Shown here: positions 17,840 through 26,963 of the stretch, piece by piece
Position numbering within the stretch: position 1 is the stretch's first letter
How the letters are laid out: every line of letters starts with the position of its first letter
Source of the DNA: a virus
Lineage: Duplodnaviria; Caudoviricetes
Virus record (IMG/VR): IMGVR_UViG_3300021399_000010
Span: 1 to 64,000 of that record
DNA: 64,000 nt
Strand: one strand, 5' to 3'
The notes under the pieces: model-generated
What the model saw: only the letters and a program-made list of their open reading frames with translations
Database searches by the model: none
What the model was told of the DNA's origin: nothing
Program-made: the position numbers and the translations under genes

Positions 17840-18169
17840 TTATGCTTTTGTTTTTACAACATATATCTCGTTCGCATTCACGCTATTGGTTGCGAGGTAT
17901 TTCCCCTTTATAACGTTCTGGAATGAGTTTATGAAACCGAATACTATAATGGTGTTCCCTTGCGTAAGTTTTACACGTTTAAGGTATTCCACAACCTTCG
18001 GTCTGAAACACAATATGTTTATTGACTGACGAGTGTATGCGCTACTGATTGCATCACCTTTTGTTTCAAGTTCGATTGTGAACCACAAGTAACGTGAGCC
18101 GTTTTGCGCAACACCTTCCTTGTAGTATGCACCCATTTTCCCTACCAGAACACATTCGTTTCTATCCAT
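17840..18169 (-). CDS. SSB-like OB-fold protein lacking an acidic tail
   Basis: N.CVLVGK, WFTIE, G..I.V.G.I pattern of SSB OB folds. Confidence 0.55.
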   Translation of the reverse strand: MDRNECVLVGKMGAYYKEGVAQNGSRYLWFTIELETKGDAISSAYTRQSINILCFRPKVVEYLKRVKLTQGNTIIVFGFINSFQNVIKGKYLATNSVNANEIYVVKTKA

Positions 18170-18172
18170 ACG

Positions 18173-18388
18173 TTATAACAGGTTTTTTATTTTCTCTCTA
18201 AGCGCATTTATTTCACGTTCAAGCGCAGATAATCGGTTTGATGCACTACACCATGCCCGATAGTATTTATCGCGCTCAAAACGCAAGATTTTGTTCTCAC
18301 GTTCAATGGTCTCCATTCGGTATTGTTCCTTTGTGCAGAACTTGCCGTTTTTTAACCTTAGTTGTTCTTGTTTGAATAACTGTTCCAT
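18173..18388 (-). CDS. Hypothetical coiled-coil protein
   Basis: 71-aa ORF downstream of a TAnnTTTG box. Confidence 0.55.
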   Translation of the reverse strand: MEQLFKQEQLRLKNGKFCTKEQYRMETIERENKILRFERDKYYRAWCSASNRLSALEREINALREKIKNLL

Positions 18389-18446
18389 TGTTTTGCAAAT
18401 TTACAATTTTACTACAACATCGACAATGATTTTAACATATTTAACT

Positions 18447-18629
18447 CTAATCATCATCATCATCGAGCACACCATCACGAAGGAATCGTATACACTCTGG
18501 TATTGCGAGTCCGCACATGAATCCAAGAATCGCACTGTTGCATGATAAAGCAAGCAGTCCAAACAAGAGTATTTGGACTGCCATTATCGTTGCCATAAGA
18601 ATGAGGCTGAAATTTTTCATTACTCGCAT
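18447..18629 (-). CDS. Small membrane protein
   Basis: Two hydrophobic stretches and a poly-Asp tail. Confidence 0.5.
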   Translation of the reverse strand: MRVMKNFSLILMATIMAVQILLFGLLALSCNSAILGFMCGLAIPECIRFLRDGVLDDDDD

Positions 18630-19198
18630 ATAATCAATTCTTTTGCATAAGGTAAACTCTCAATCCAAGAACAGAATGCGCCCCAGTCTTCCTTTAGCTT
18701 GTGGTGTTTCCTTTGCCTGTAGATGGTTGCAAGCTGTTCGTAGTTTGTGGAGCACCGCATGAAGAGTTCTATCCCCTGCGGACAATTACTCAAGACTCGC
18801 ATGAAATTCTCATAAGACGGATTCTGCGAATACTCGTCAATCATCCGTTGCGTCAAACGTCTCGCGTCATCACACACATACTTGTTGAAACATGTGTTCA
18901 TGTCCATCATTATCAGACGATGGATTTTTGAATTTGAGCACACTATGTCAAGAAAACCATAACGCTGCAACTCTGGTGAAATGTAGTTCGGGTACACAAT
19001 ATCGAATGACACCCTTATCCCTTTTCGGAAATTAGAATGTCCACTGCCACCACCAATATTTGCGAGTTTTATTGCTCGTTTCAGAGATTCTTGAAATTCC
19101 TTTTCTGTGTAGTCTGGAATCTCAAGACGTATTGCATTCCTACACGCAATAACACTCTCCTTCAAGTCGTATACTTTCCAATTTTCAATCCTTAACAT
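18620..19198 (-). CDS. Divergent ThyX/Thy1-like protein
   Basis: GH.NF..GI.VSFDI..P......LQRY....V.S.S..H pattern seen in phage ThyX-like proteins. Confidence 0.55.
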   Translation of the reverse strand: MLRIENWKVYDLKESVIACRNAIRLEIPDYTEKEFQESLKRAIKLANIGGGSGHSNFRKGIRVSFDIVYPNYISPELQRYGFLDIVCSNSKIHRLIMMDMNTCFNKYVCDDARRLTQRMIDEYSQNPSYENFMRVLSNCPQGIELFMRCSTNYEQLATIYRQRKHHKLKEDWGAFCSWIESLPYAKELIICE

Positions 19199-19667
19199 GT
19201 TTGTTTGTTTTATGTGTTTGTTGTTTTTCTATTCTTGCCAACGGCTCTTTGCCGAACTGCATCGCATCGTCGGCATCGACGGTGATGTGTGACTTCTTGT
19301 CTTCGGGTCGGTCGAGCCACAACTGGTGTCTGAGCACTTGATGTAGGTCATAGAGTATATCGGCGGTGTCGTCGTAGTGGATGCCGTGCATGGCATTCCG
19401 CTCAAGTCCCCAGTATCGGCGCTTGATTTCCCAACTCATGACCTCTGCATCGTCACGCATGTTCTGCCATCCTCCTTCCCATTCCTTGTCCATGCCGTGG
19501 CCGCCGACAGCCTCCTTGCAACGTTTCTCCCATGCAGCCTCAAATAGGTCTTGGAATGTCCAGTCCTGTCCGCAGATGAGACGGGAGAAGCGGTCGCATG
19601 CGTGGGAGAGGATTTCCACCTGCCGCTTGGTGAGGTGGAGTGTGTAGATGTGTTCTTTCTTGTTCAT
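19185..19667 (-). CDS. Hypothetical protein (locally high GC)
   Basis: 160-aa ORF visibly more GC-rich than its flanks. Confidence 0.6.
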   Translation of the reverse strand: MNKKEHIYTLHLTKRQVEILSHACDRFSRLICGQDWTFQDLFEAAWEKRCKEAVGGHGMDKEWEGGWQNMRDDAEVMSWEIKRRYWGLERNAMHGIHYDDTADILYDLHQVLRHQLWLDRPEDKKSHITVDADDAMQFGKEPLARIEKQQTHKTNKHVKD

Positions 19668-20173
19668 TACAATAACCCTTTCTCTTTAAGTATCTCAAGT
19701 ATCTCAGTCAACAAATCAATAGGACTATGAGCCGTTATCCCAAAGATGGCATTGCCACGACCCTCTTCTCCATTGCCATTATAGCAGGCATAGTAGGCTA
19801 TGTAGATGGAGGTCTTTTTCATCACAAAGTGATAGTCGACACCATCCACGGTAATGCAAGATGGCATCTTGTTAAGGAGGTCTAAGAAAGTGTCTTCATT
19901 TTTGCTAATTTTTGCAGAACTTGCAAGGTTTTGTTCGCCTTGCTTTTCAAGCCAAGCAATCATTTTAGGTTTAAAAGTATTTGAGTTGTCCACATAATTA
20001 TTAATTATCGCAATAATACTTTTCCTTATCCTCTCATCCTCGGACTCTTTGAGTTCTGGGAAGAATCTATAAATTTGTCTTACAGCATCACAGTCTTTTG
20101 AACCACAAGATTGCAGTTCTTTTTGTGCTTTTTCAAGAGCCTTTTTGTATTTTTGTTCGTAGTCCATAATCAA
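19667..20173 (-). CDS. Hypothetical protein
   Basis: FPELKESEDERIRK...AWLEKQGEQ module; AT-rich island. Confidence 0.6.
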   Translation of the reverse strand: MIMDYEQKYKKALEKAQKELQSCGSKDCDAVRQIYRFFPELKESEDERIRKSIIAIINNYVDNSNTFKPKMIAWLEKQGEQNLASSAKISKNEDTFLDLLNKMPSCITVDGVDYHFVMKKTSIYIAYYACYNGNGEEGRGNAIFGITAHSPIDLLTEILEILKEKGLL

Positions 20174-20358
20174 TTTTCTTTAATTAGTTCACCTTCGTTC
20201 CAAGCAAATGAAACTTCGCAGCAACCATCACCACAGTCAAAACCTTTATCCTTGACTGTGTAGCCATTCTCATCTTTTTCGGTGACTACACCAATTCCGC
20301 CAAATGCGTGAATTATCTTGTCACCTACTTTAAGGTTATCAAATTCTTCTCTTGTCAT
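20170..20358 (-). CDS. Small SH3/KOW-like hypothetical protein
   Basis: LKVGDKI.H..GG.G.V pattern. Confidence 0.5.
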   Translation of the reverse strand: MTREEFDNLKVGDKIIHAFGGIGVVTEKDENGYTVKDKGFDCGDGCCEVSFAWNEGELIKEN

Positions 20359-20360
20359 AG

Positions 20361-20570
20361 TTATTGATTTATAATTGTTATTTTTGGTTTTTCTTTATTC
20401 CTTTTAATTGCCATTTCAGCTTCACCAAGAGTTGAGTAAATGCCTGTTGTCATAGCATCTGTATTCTCAAAATTCCACCAAAATAATCCAAATATTTTCT
20501 TTTGGACTTCGTATTCTATTTGTCCATTAGGATATTCTCTTTTTAATATTCTATATTTTGCCATAATCAC
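20361..20570 (-). CDS. Hypothetical protein
   Basis: Tightly packed ORF. Confidence 0.5.
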   Translation of the reverse strand: MIMAKYRILKREYPNGQIEYEVQKKIFGLFWWNFENTDAMTTGIYSTLGEAEMAIKRNKEKPKITIINQ

Positions 20571-20977
20571 AACAATTTAAGTTCGTTTAATTTAATAATC
20601 ATTTCGTAGCAAGCATCAACTAAACTTTCATGCCGTTCAGTAGATAGATGTATTTCCCTCTCTGCACGTTTCATATACAGTTCCACATAATAACATATTT
20701 TATGTTCATCAGCCTGTCTATGTGTCTCAACTTCTAAAGGTAAAACATCAATTAACGCAGCAAGACTCCAACAAGGAATACCTATACCACTATAAAATTT
20801 GAATGGCACATCACTATGTTTATATTGCATTTCTTCTGGCACATCTAAATTTGCTCCAGAAATTGCAACACGTTCATAAGTTTGGTCTGCCGTGTTATGA
20901 GAAAGTATCTCTGCCAATATCTTGCTTTGTTTTAAGTCTGTATATGCTTTTATACTACTCATAATAACTATCTTCAA
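20567..20977 (-). CDS. Hypothetical protein
   Basis: YTDL.QS...IPCWSLAALIDVLP module. Confidence 0.55.
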   Translation of the reverse strand: MKIVIMSSIKAYTDLKQSKILAEILSHNTADQTYERVAISGANLDVPEEMQYKHSDVPFKFYSGIGIPCWSLAALIDVLPLEVETHRQADEHKICYYVELYMKRAEREIHLSTERHESLVDACYEMIIKLNELKLL

Positions 20978-21236
20978 TAATAACTTTAGGTTCAGTCAAA
21001 TCGGTTGATAAGTGTTCTACTTCAAACCAATCTCCAAGTGGATATACGTTTGACATGCAATGGTTTATATTCCCATCAGGTTCGCACCATATACCGTCAT
21101 CGTCTGCCCAATCAAACATAGAACCCACTTTTTCATCCATTGCAGCAGTCAAAAAAGCTTCTTCCACATTATTAGCAGCAACCAATATAAGGCCACCACC
21201 ATAGGACATATCACATTTGCATCCAAATACTTTCAT
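20955..21236 (-). CDS. Hypothetical protein
   Basis: 93-aa ORF. Confidence 0.55.
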   Translation of the reverse strand: MKVFGCKCDMSYGGGLILVAANNVEEAFLTAAMDEKVGSMFDWADDDGIWCEPDGNINHCMSNVYPLGDWFEVEHLSTDLTEPKVIIEDSYYE

Positions 21237-21257
21237 AACTATTTCTTTTTAAGTTTT

Positions 21258-21479
21258 TCAAATTTCTTCTGTCCATTCGTATGGGTCAAGCTGGATAGGC
21301 TCTACTTTATCTATATTACACCAATGAGAGCCATTCTTTGAATCACCATACACGATTCCATCCTTGAAGCCAGTCACGCGCACAACTATCTTGCTTCCGT
21401 CGAAACAGTTGAAATACACAAAGGCTCCAGTCATCAATTCGTTTTCTTTCATTGTTATTCTTCTTTGTTTTGTCCACAA
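21258..21479 (-). CDS. Hypothetical protein
   Basis: MKENELMTGAFVY..-type small phage gene; start uncertain. Confidence 0.45.
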   Translation of the reverse strand: MWTKQRRITMKENELMTGAFVYFNCFDGSKIVVRVTGFKDGIVYGDSKNGSHWCNIDKVEPIQLDPYEWTEEI

Positions 21480-21679
21480 GTAACTTCTCCGAATTTCCCA
21501 TATATAGGGTCAATAGGTTGTGGAGGCGTTTGCGTAAATGGGATATATGTCAATTGCGGTTCATTAACCACAAAATCCATTAAAAGGAAATAATCCTCCT
21601 CGTTGAACACATCATCCCCACATCTTTCGTTGAGGTTATTTAAAATTCTTATTGCTTGTTTTTGTTTGTCTGTCATCAT
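21455..21679 (-). CDS. Hypothetical protein
   Basis: 74-aa ORF. Confidence 0.5.
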   Translation of the reverse strand: MMTDKQKQAIRILNNLNERCGDDVFNEEDYFLLMDFVVNEPQLTYIPFTQTPPQPIDPIYGKFGEVTCGQNKEE

Positions 21680-21697
21680 TAATCTCCTTTCTGTGCT

Positions 21698-22360
21698 TTA
21701 ATGTTTACCATCGTCTCTTACAGGAGTTGTCAATGCTTTCTCTATTGACCACCCAAGAACATTAAGCCTTTCCCAAAGAGCACCATAATTTATATTCATA
21801 ATTTCGCTCCACTCTGTCATTGTATGCAACTCACCGTTATACTCATATTTACGAACATTTGACTTGTTATTGGCTTGTGTCCTTATGTCTGCCCATCTAC
21901 AGTTAGATGGTTCATAATTTCCTCTATAATCTATTCTGTCTATTGTCAATTCATCAGAATACCCATTAGCCATAGCCCAATTATAAAAAGCCATAAAGTC
22001 ATTTTTCCATTCATCACATATCGTTATTCCTTTTTCACCATATTTTTTATAACCACTTGAACTTTTTGTATAGCATCTTTCTTTCATGCCATACCATATT
22101 CCAAGAAGTCTTGATTCTCTTGCTTCTTTTGGGTATTTACTTGTTCCATTATTATTTCTATAAGTAAGAAACATTTTGTTTCTAAGACATCCGCAAGACT
22201 GTGTTCTTCCGTGAATAACCCTATCCATAGAATACTCTTTTATTTTTCCGCAATCACATTTACACAAAATACGTCTTTTATTACCAACAGGAGACACTTC
22301 CTTGATTATAGTAAGTTTCCCGTATTTCTGTCCTTCAGTTACTTCATTTCTTTTCTTCAT
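21698..22360 (-). CDS. HNH homing endonuclease-like protein
   Basis: YGKLTII...LCKCDCG, IWYGMKERCY, GITICDEW, TIDRID..GNYEPSNCRWAD..QANN. Confidence 0.88.
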   Translation of the reverse strand: MKKRNEVTEGQKYGKLTIIKEVSPVGNKRRILCKCDCGKIKEYSMDRVIHGRTQSCGCLRNKMFLTYRNNNGTSKYPKEARESRLLGIWYGMKERCYTKSSSGYKKYGEKGITICDEWKNDFMAFYNWAMANGYSDELTIDRIDYRGNYEPSNCRWADIRTQANNKSNVRKYEYNGELHTMTEWSEIMNINYGALWERLNVLGWSIEKALTTPVRDDGKH

Positions 22361-22658
22361 AGTTGTTGTCATTTTTTGATTGTTGCATACCAAGTTCAAA
22401 GAAATGTTTGGCAACATTTGTCATATAGTTATATAGTGATTCTTCTTTGTGTTGTATAATGGGATTCCTCATTCTATAACGTCTGATTTCTCTGTCCAAG
22501 TCCACTTCTTTCACTTCAAGGGTGTTGAGTGCTATTAACAAGTCGTCTTTGAAATCTTGAACACTTTCAACTACGTCTGATGGTAAGAATTTATAATCTT
22601 CATTATAAATCTTCTCTATCTCAGCCACTACAGTGGTTTTGTCTATTAGTTCTTTCAT
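22344..22658 (-). CDS. Hypothetical protein
   Basis: 104-aa ORF. Confidence 0.55.
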   Translation of the reverse strand: MKELIDKTTVVAEIEKIYNEDYKFLPSDVVESVQDFKDDLLIALNTLEVKEVDLDREIRRYRMRNPIIQHKEESLYNYMTNVAKHFFELGMQQSKNDNNYEEKK

Positions 22659-22840
22659 TGTTGCATTGCTTTTTTAAAGTCCTCAATAAACTTCTCAATA
22701 TTCGCCACCTCAAGGTCGACGGCTTGCCGCTGGTAGAGCCATTCAACGGCCTTGTCAACAGCCTTAGCATATCCTGTGTTAAACCCATTAGTTTGTCCTT
22801 TGTAGTATTCTTCCAGTAATTCGTCTTCGTATGTTTTCAT
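22655..22840 (-). CDS. Hypothetical protein
   Basis: 61-aa ORF overlapping its neighbour. Confidence 0.5.
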   Translation of the reverse strand: MKTYEDELLEEYYKGQTNGFNTGYAKAVDKAVEWLYQRQAVDLEVANIEKFIEDFKKAMQQ

Positions 22841-23006
22841 TATTCCATTGCTTTTTTAAATTCTATAAGGAAATTGCTTGGGTCACTATTCTGCTGTCCC
22901 AAATAATCAAGCAAATGTTCATCAAGCCATTCAATAGCCTTGGTGATGGTGTCGTACCTGCCTTTGCTGTACTCCATTCTGAGCAGGTCAAGCATTTCTT
23001 CGTGGT

Positions 23007-23147
23007 TCATTCCTCACCTCCTTCCGCTGGACAGGGTTGCCATGAGTTACACAAGCTTCCAAGGCTGCACTTGCAGCAGGGAATCTCAAGGCCGCAGTGT
23101 GGCCACTGTATCTGAGGGCATCCTATACCTAAACATTTCTTACTCAT
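23007..23147 (-). CDS. Small Cys-rich protein
   Basis: MSKKCLGIGCPQIQWPHCGLEIPCCKCSLGSLCNSWQPCP..; 8 Cys in 46 aa. Confidence 0.4.
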   Translation of the reverse strand: MSKKCLGIGCPQIQWPHCGLEIPCCKCSLGSLCNSWQPCPAEGGEE

Positions 23148-23415
23148 GTTCACCTCCTTCCTTTGGTAGGCTAATGTCGCACCACCATTTAATGTTTGGG
23201 GTGTTCCACCCACCTTTGTCGTAGGTTTGTGGATAAAATGTTTCCACGTTCCCAGTCACAAGGCTTTTGCCAATGTATCCTTTCTTGCTTGGTCTATGTG
23301 CAAAACACACCGCTCCACTTTTGAGTAGCACGATGACTTCCTTGTCAATAGGAGGAAGGTCATCGCCTTGTGCATCGTGCCAGTGGTTAGCTTCAATTTG
23401 TTCTTCTTTTGTCAT
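23140..23415 (-). CDS. Hypothetical protein
   Basis: WHD....LP.ID.EVIVL module. Confidence 0.55.
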   Translation of the reverse strand: MTKEEQIEANHWHDAQGDDLPPIDKEVIVLLKSGAVCFAHRPSKKGYIGKSLVTGNVETFYPQTYDKGGWNTPNIKWWCDISLPKEGGEHE

Positions 23416-23810
23416 AATAAATTCTCAAGTACATATTTAAGTGCAGCTTCAACTGCTTCTTCATAAGTTTTAAAATTGGTTTCATTTTCAGAATGATAAT
23501 ATTTTGGTTCAGAATAATCATATTCAACTGTTTCTTTTAAATTAATTATTTGAAAAGACCATTCTAAATCAATATCATAACCTATATCACAATGTTTGTT
23601 ATGCTTTTCTCTCAACCACTTCATAACCATTTGATGAGTGGGTGCTGACATTAGCTCCCACACTTCATGTCTGCTATTCCAGTCTGCATATTGTCTGCAA
23701 ACCTCTGTCTTTAGCTCTCCATGTTCATAGCATGTCCTGCATTCCCAGTTAAACCCCTTCTTCTTTAGGAGTTGAGCAATCTCATAACTAACGTATGCTT
23801 CTTTTATCAT
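23412..23810 (-). CDS. Hypothetical protein
   Basis: YVSYEIAQLLK.KGF...APT.....KWLRE module. Confidence 0.6.
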   Translation of the reverse strand: MIKEAYVSYEIAQLLKKKGFNWECRTCYEHGELKTEVCRQYADWNSRHEVWELMSAPTHQMVMKWLREKHNKHCDIGYDIDLEWSFQIINLKETVEYDYSEPKYYHSENETNFKTYEEAVEAALKYVLENLL

Positions 23811-24004
23811 TGTTTTCCCTCCAGATAGTTTATCATTTTCTGAATATTGTCTCTCAAATACTTGTCCTCGCTGACGGAAAGTACGGTCTTTAGTTCGTCA
23901 ATGACAGAGGCTTCTCCAGCCAAATAGGCATTCTCCATATAGTTCTGGATAAGTGTGCCTAAGGCTGCAACGTAGTCATTTGCTCGTTGTTTGATTGTTT
24001 TCAT
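23807..24004 (-). CDS. Hypothetical protein
   Basis: 65-aa ORF. Confidence 0.5.
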   Translation of the reverse strand: MKTIKQRANDYVAALGTLIQNYMENAYLAGEASVIDELKTVLSVSEDKYLRDNIQKMINYLEGKQ

Positions 24005-24026
24005 TTTTCTCGGTTAAAGTAAAATA

Positions 24027-24506
24027 TTACTTAACAAACTCATTAGTCTTTACGTTAAAACGCTCGTATTTTCTTGTTCCAAACCTATTTATTTCGTATG
24101 GACGTGTAAGTCTGAGCCAAATATATTCATTCGCCTTAACAGCGGCAAAGCGTTCCCTTGCAATCTTCACTGCTCTGTCCATTGAGTCTGCATCAATATA
24201 GAAGCGAATATAGGATTCCTCTTTTCTAAGGCCCAAAGAACCAAATATAGAACATGTGTCGACAACCTTGTTTCTGTCATAACTTGTTGGACGCGCCTCA
24301 CAGAGTTTTACGTCTTCAACACGAAACTCAACACACCAAAGTTGTGTTTTCTTTTCCACCTCTTCGTCAAGGTTGTATTCCTCAATGTTATAATCAGTTC
24401 CGTTTTGTTCCACATAGTCAACGGCTTTTTCTTTTGTTGTGAACACAGCGTCTATTCCGTAGTCGGAATATTCTCCGCTTGTCACGATGTATATTTTCTT
24501 TTCCAT
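24027..24506 (-). CDS. Hypothetical protein
   Basis: IYIVTSGEYSDYGI.AVF module. Confidence 0.6.
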   Translation of the reverse strand: MEKKIYIVTSGEYSDYGIDAVFTTKEKAVDYVEQNGTDYNIEEYNLDEEVEKKTQLWCVEFRVEDVKLCEARPTSYDRNKVVDTCSIFGSLGLRKEESYIRFYIDADSMDRAVKIARERFAAVKANEYIWLRLTRPYEINRFGTRKYERFNVKTNEFVK

Positions 24507-24532
24507 AATTCTGTTATTTGTTTAATGTTGTT

Positions 24533-24826
24533 TTATATTGTACTACCAATTTCCAAATTACCGAATGCGTGACTACTTCTATAAATTCCAACAAACAACC
24601 GTTTAAAATAATTCAAAAGCATAGTCTCTTTGATGTCGGCATCTTCGTGTAATGTTCTGTGTGTGTTAGAGAATTGCCTTCCTATATCAATTACATATTT
24701 GCTAAACTCAAAGGTTCTTCCTTCCCTGTCAGTAAGAGTGCCATAGAACTTATCTCCATGTCTTTCTACAACAAAAGACTGAATGTGTTCGTCTATGTAC
24801 TTCTGTATTTCTGATTTTGTTTCCAT
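24533..24826 (-). CDS. Hypothetical protein
   Basis: 97-aa ORF. Confidence 0.55.
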   Translation of the reverse strand: METKSEIQKYIDEHIQSFVVERHGDKFYGTLTDREGRTFEFSKYVIDIGRQFSNTHRTLHEDADIKETMLLNYFKRLFVGIYRSSHAFGNLEIGSTI

Positions 24827-24835
24827 ATTCGTTTA

Positions 24836-25018
24836 TTATTTGTTGTTTTCTAAATCTGTTTTAAATACTCCATCTTCATAATTGTTATTGATACAGATGC
24901 TTTCTGGTACGAACCAAACACCATCGGTAGAACCGTTCTTTGGAAACAACTCCAATGCCATTACCCTTGCGCACTTCTTTGCGCGTGGACAAATTTCTCC
25001 TTTGCAATAGTAACTCAT
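24836..25018 (-). CDS. Small Cys-containing protein
   Basis: MSYYCKGEICPRAKKCAR after an AT-rich leader. Confidence 0.5.
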   Translation of the reverse strand: MSYYCKGEICPRAKKCARVMALELFPKNGSTDGVWFVPESICINNNYEDGVFKTDLENNK

Positions 25019-25052
25019 AATATTATTATTTGTTTGGCTATAAATTTGTTTG

Positions 25053-25847
25053 TTAGAAAAGTGACAGTTGATTCGTCTCGTTCTTGATGCGCTTGTTGGC
25101 AATATCAACATACTCTTGTGAAATCTCAAAGCCGATGTATTTTCTCCCAAGTTGTAATGCTGCAATAGCCGTTGTGCCGCTTCCCATGAAGGGGTCGAGC
25201 ACTACGTCTCCTTCGTTAGTCCATGAAACGATGTGGTCAGCAGCCAATCTGACAGGGAAAGCGGCTGGATGGTATGATAGCTTCTGAGGTTGAATCTTCC
25301 AGATGTTTGTACGCTTTCCGTATTCCTTTGTCACGATTCTACGATGGTGAGTGCTTTCGCCATCTTTGTACGAACCATGAACAGAGCGTCTGTCGCTTGG
25401 TGCTTCCTTATTCTTACGGTCTTCGATAGGATTGAACTTCGTCGGATTTCCCTTGCTGAAAACGAACATGTACTCAAAGTTCTGTAAGTAGCACTTGTTT
25501 GAGCCGAGACAGCCGTTGCAAGTCTTCTCCCATATCATCGTGTCATGCAGATTGAATCCGCACTCCATGAAGTAGAGAGCCTGTCGGAACGATGTGCCTG
25601 TCTCGCTTCCGTTAAGGGTTGCGTCGTTGACATTCCAAACGACATAACCGCCGTCGGCAATCACTCGGTAGAGTTCCTTGATAATCGGCTTCCATACATG
25701 TTCGCCCCAAGTCTTATCTACGTCGTTATTGTAGGTACGGAGGTTGTCGTATGGTGGCGATGTCACCGTTAAGTCGATACACTCATCATCAAGCATTCTC
25801 ATTCCTTCTACGTTGTCTTGACAATAAATCTTGTTTAACTCTAACAT
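25053..25847 (-). CDS. Amino-methyltransferase (m4C/m6A DNA MTase, beta class)
   Basis: TSPPY catalytic motif N-terminal to the VLDPFMGSGTT SAM-binding motif; HPAAFP. Confidence 0.92.
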   Translation of the reverse strand: MLELNKIYCQDNVEGMRMLDDECIDLTVTSPPYDNLRTYNNDVDKTWGEHVWKPIIKELYRVIADGGYVVWNVNDATLNGSETGTSFRQALYFMECGFNLHDTMIWEKTCNGCLGSNKCYLQNFEYMFVFSKGNPTKFNPIEDRKNKEAPSDRRSVHGSYKDGESTHHRRIVTKEYGKRTNIWKIQPQKLSYHPAAFPVRLAADHIVSWTNEGDVVLDPFMGSGTTAIAALQLGRKYIGFEISQEYVDIANKRIKNETNQLSLF

Positions 25848-25853
25848 ATTGTA

Positions 25854-26504
25854 TTATTTAAATAGTGATAGTTGTGATGTCTCTTGTTTGAATCTTTCTT
25901 GTGCCTTGTCAAAGAAATTTTTATCAATCTCGCATCCGACGTAATCATACCCCAACCTATAAGCTGCAATTCTTGAACTGAAAGAACCTGCCATCGGGTC
26001 AAAGATGATGTCACCATTCTTTGCGTAGTTCTTAATCAACCACTCGTACAACTCCGTGGGCTTCTGTGTAGGATGAATACGCTTACCGTCTTTAGTGTCG
26101 CTTATAAACCCCATTTGCCGCAAGTGAAACATCTTCACGACCTTTGTCATGTTAGTCCAAGCAAGTTCAGCATCAGCAAACACACTCTTGTTTGTAGTCC
26201 CATTGCATTTATCCCATACGAGCCAGCATTTCGACTGAGGCAACAGATGTGTAAAGTATTGCCCCCCCCATATAATTACGCGGTCAGACACCCTTAAAAG
26301 CTCGTCAAAAAACTCTTTTTGTGGTATTTCTTTATCCCACTTTACGTCTTCAAGAGTTGGTCTGTTGTCGCAAACGCCCCAACCGTTCTTTCCTCTTGCA
26401 TAACTAATGCCAAACGGAGGGTCGGCGATACAAAGTCCAAAATACTTGTCTGGCAGAGTCTTCATAAGCTCCATACAGTCGATGTTGTAAACTTCTGATT
26501 TCAT
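25854..26504 (-). CDS. Amino-methyltransferase (probable m6A DNA MTase, beta class)
   Basis: ADPPF motif, IHPTQKP..LY.W, IFDPMAGSFSS. Confidence 0.9.
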   Translation of the reverse strand: MKSEVYNIDCMELMKTLPDKYFGLCIADPPFGISYARGKNGWGVCDNRPTLEDVKWDKEIPQKEFFDELLRVSDRVIIWGGQYFTHLLPQSKCWLVWDKCNGTTNKSVFADAELAWTNMTKVVKMFHLRQMGFISDTKDGKRIHPTQKPTELYEWLIKNYAKNGDIIFDPMAGSFSSRIAAYRLGYDYVGCEIDKNFFDKAQERFKQETSQLSLFK

Positions 26505-26510
26505 ATTATA

Positions 26511-26963
26511 CTAAACTTTTTCATATCTGATAATTCTCTGACGTTTGCGCTTTGGCTTTTCTGCCTCTTTCTTTGCTTTTATCTCAGCCATTTTCTTTTC
26601 GTGTGCTTCGCGTCGTGCAAGTCTGTCAAGGTGTCTTTGCCAACATTCTTGAGAGTATTGTAAATTCTTTCGTTTTCTTTCACGAATTTCATCACGATGC
26701 TCGTAAGCCCAATCAAGTTTACTTGCTAATTCATCAAAGTTGTGGATAATATCTTCAATAGAAACGTCGTCATGTATAAATATACGTTTTTTGTATTTCT
26801 TTCGGAACTCATCATCATTTATACCGCAAATGTGTACTGCAATTTTGTACGGCAAAACAAAAAGATGACAAGAGTGCATTTCTGGAAACTTTGTCTTTGA
26901 ATACTTTAAACCAAGTCTTTCAACATGATTTATAAGTTCTTTAAGTTTTTCTTCTTTAGTCAT
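26511..26963 (-). CDS. Hypothetical basic protein
   Basis: 150-aa ORF. Confidence 0.6.
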   Translation of the reverse strand: MTKEEKLKELINHVERLGLKYSKTKFPEMHSCHLFVLPYKIAVHICGINDDEFRKKYKKRIFIHDDVSIEDIIHNFDELASKLDWAYEHRDEIRERKRKNLQYSQECWQRHLDRLARREAHEKKMAEIKAKKEAEKPKRKRQRIIRYEKV

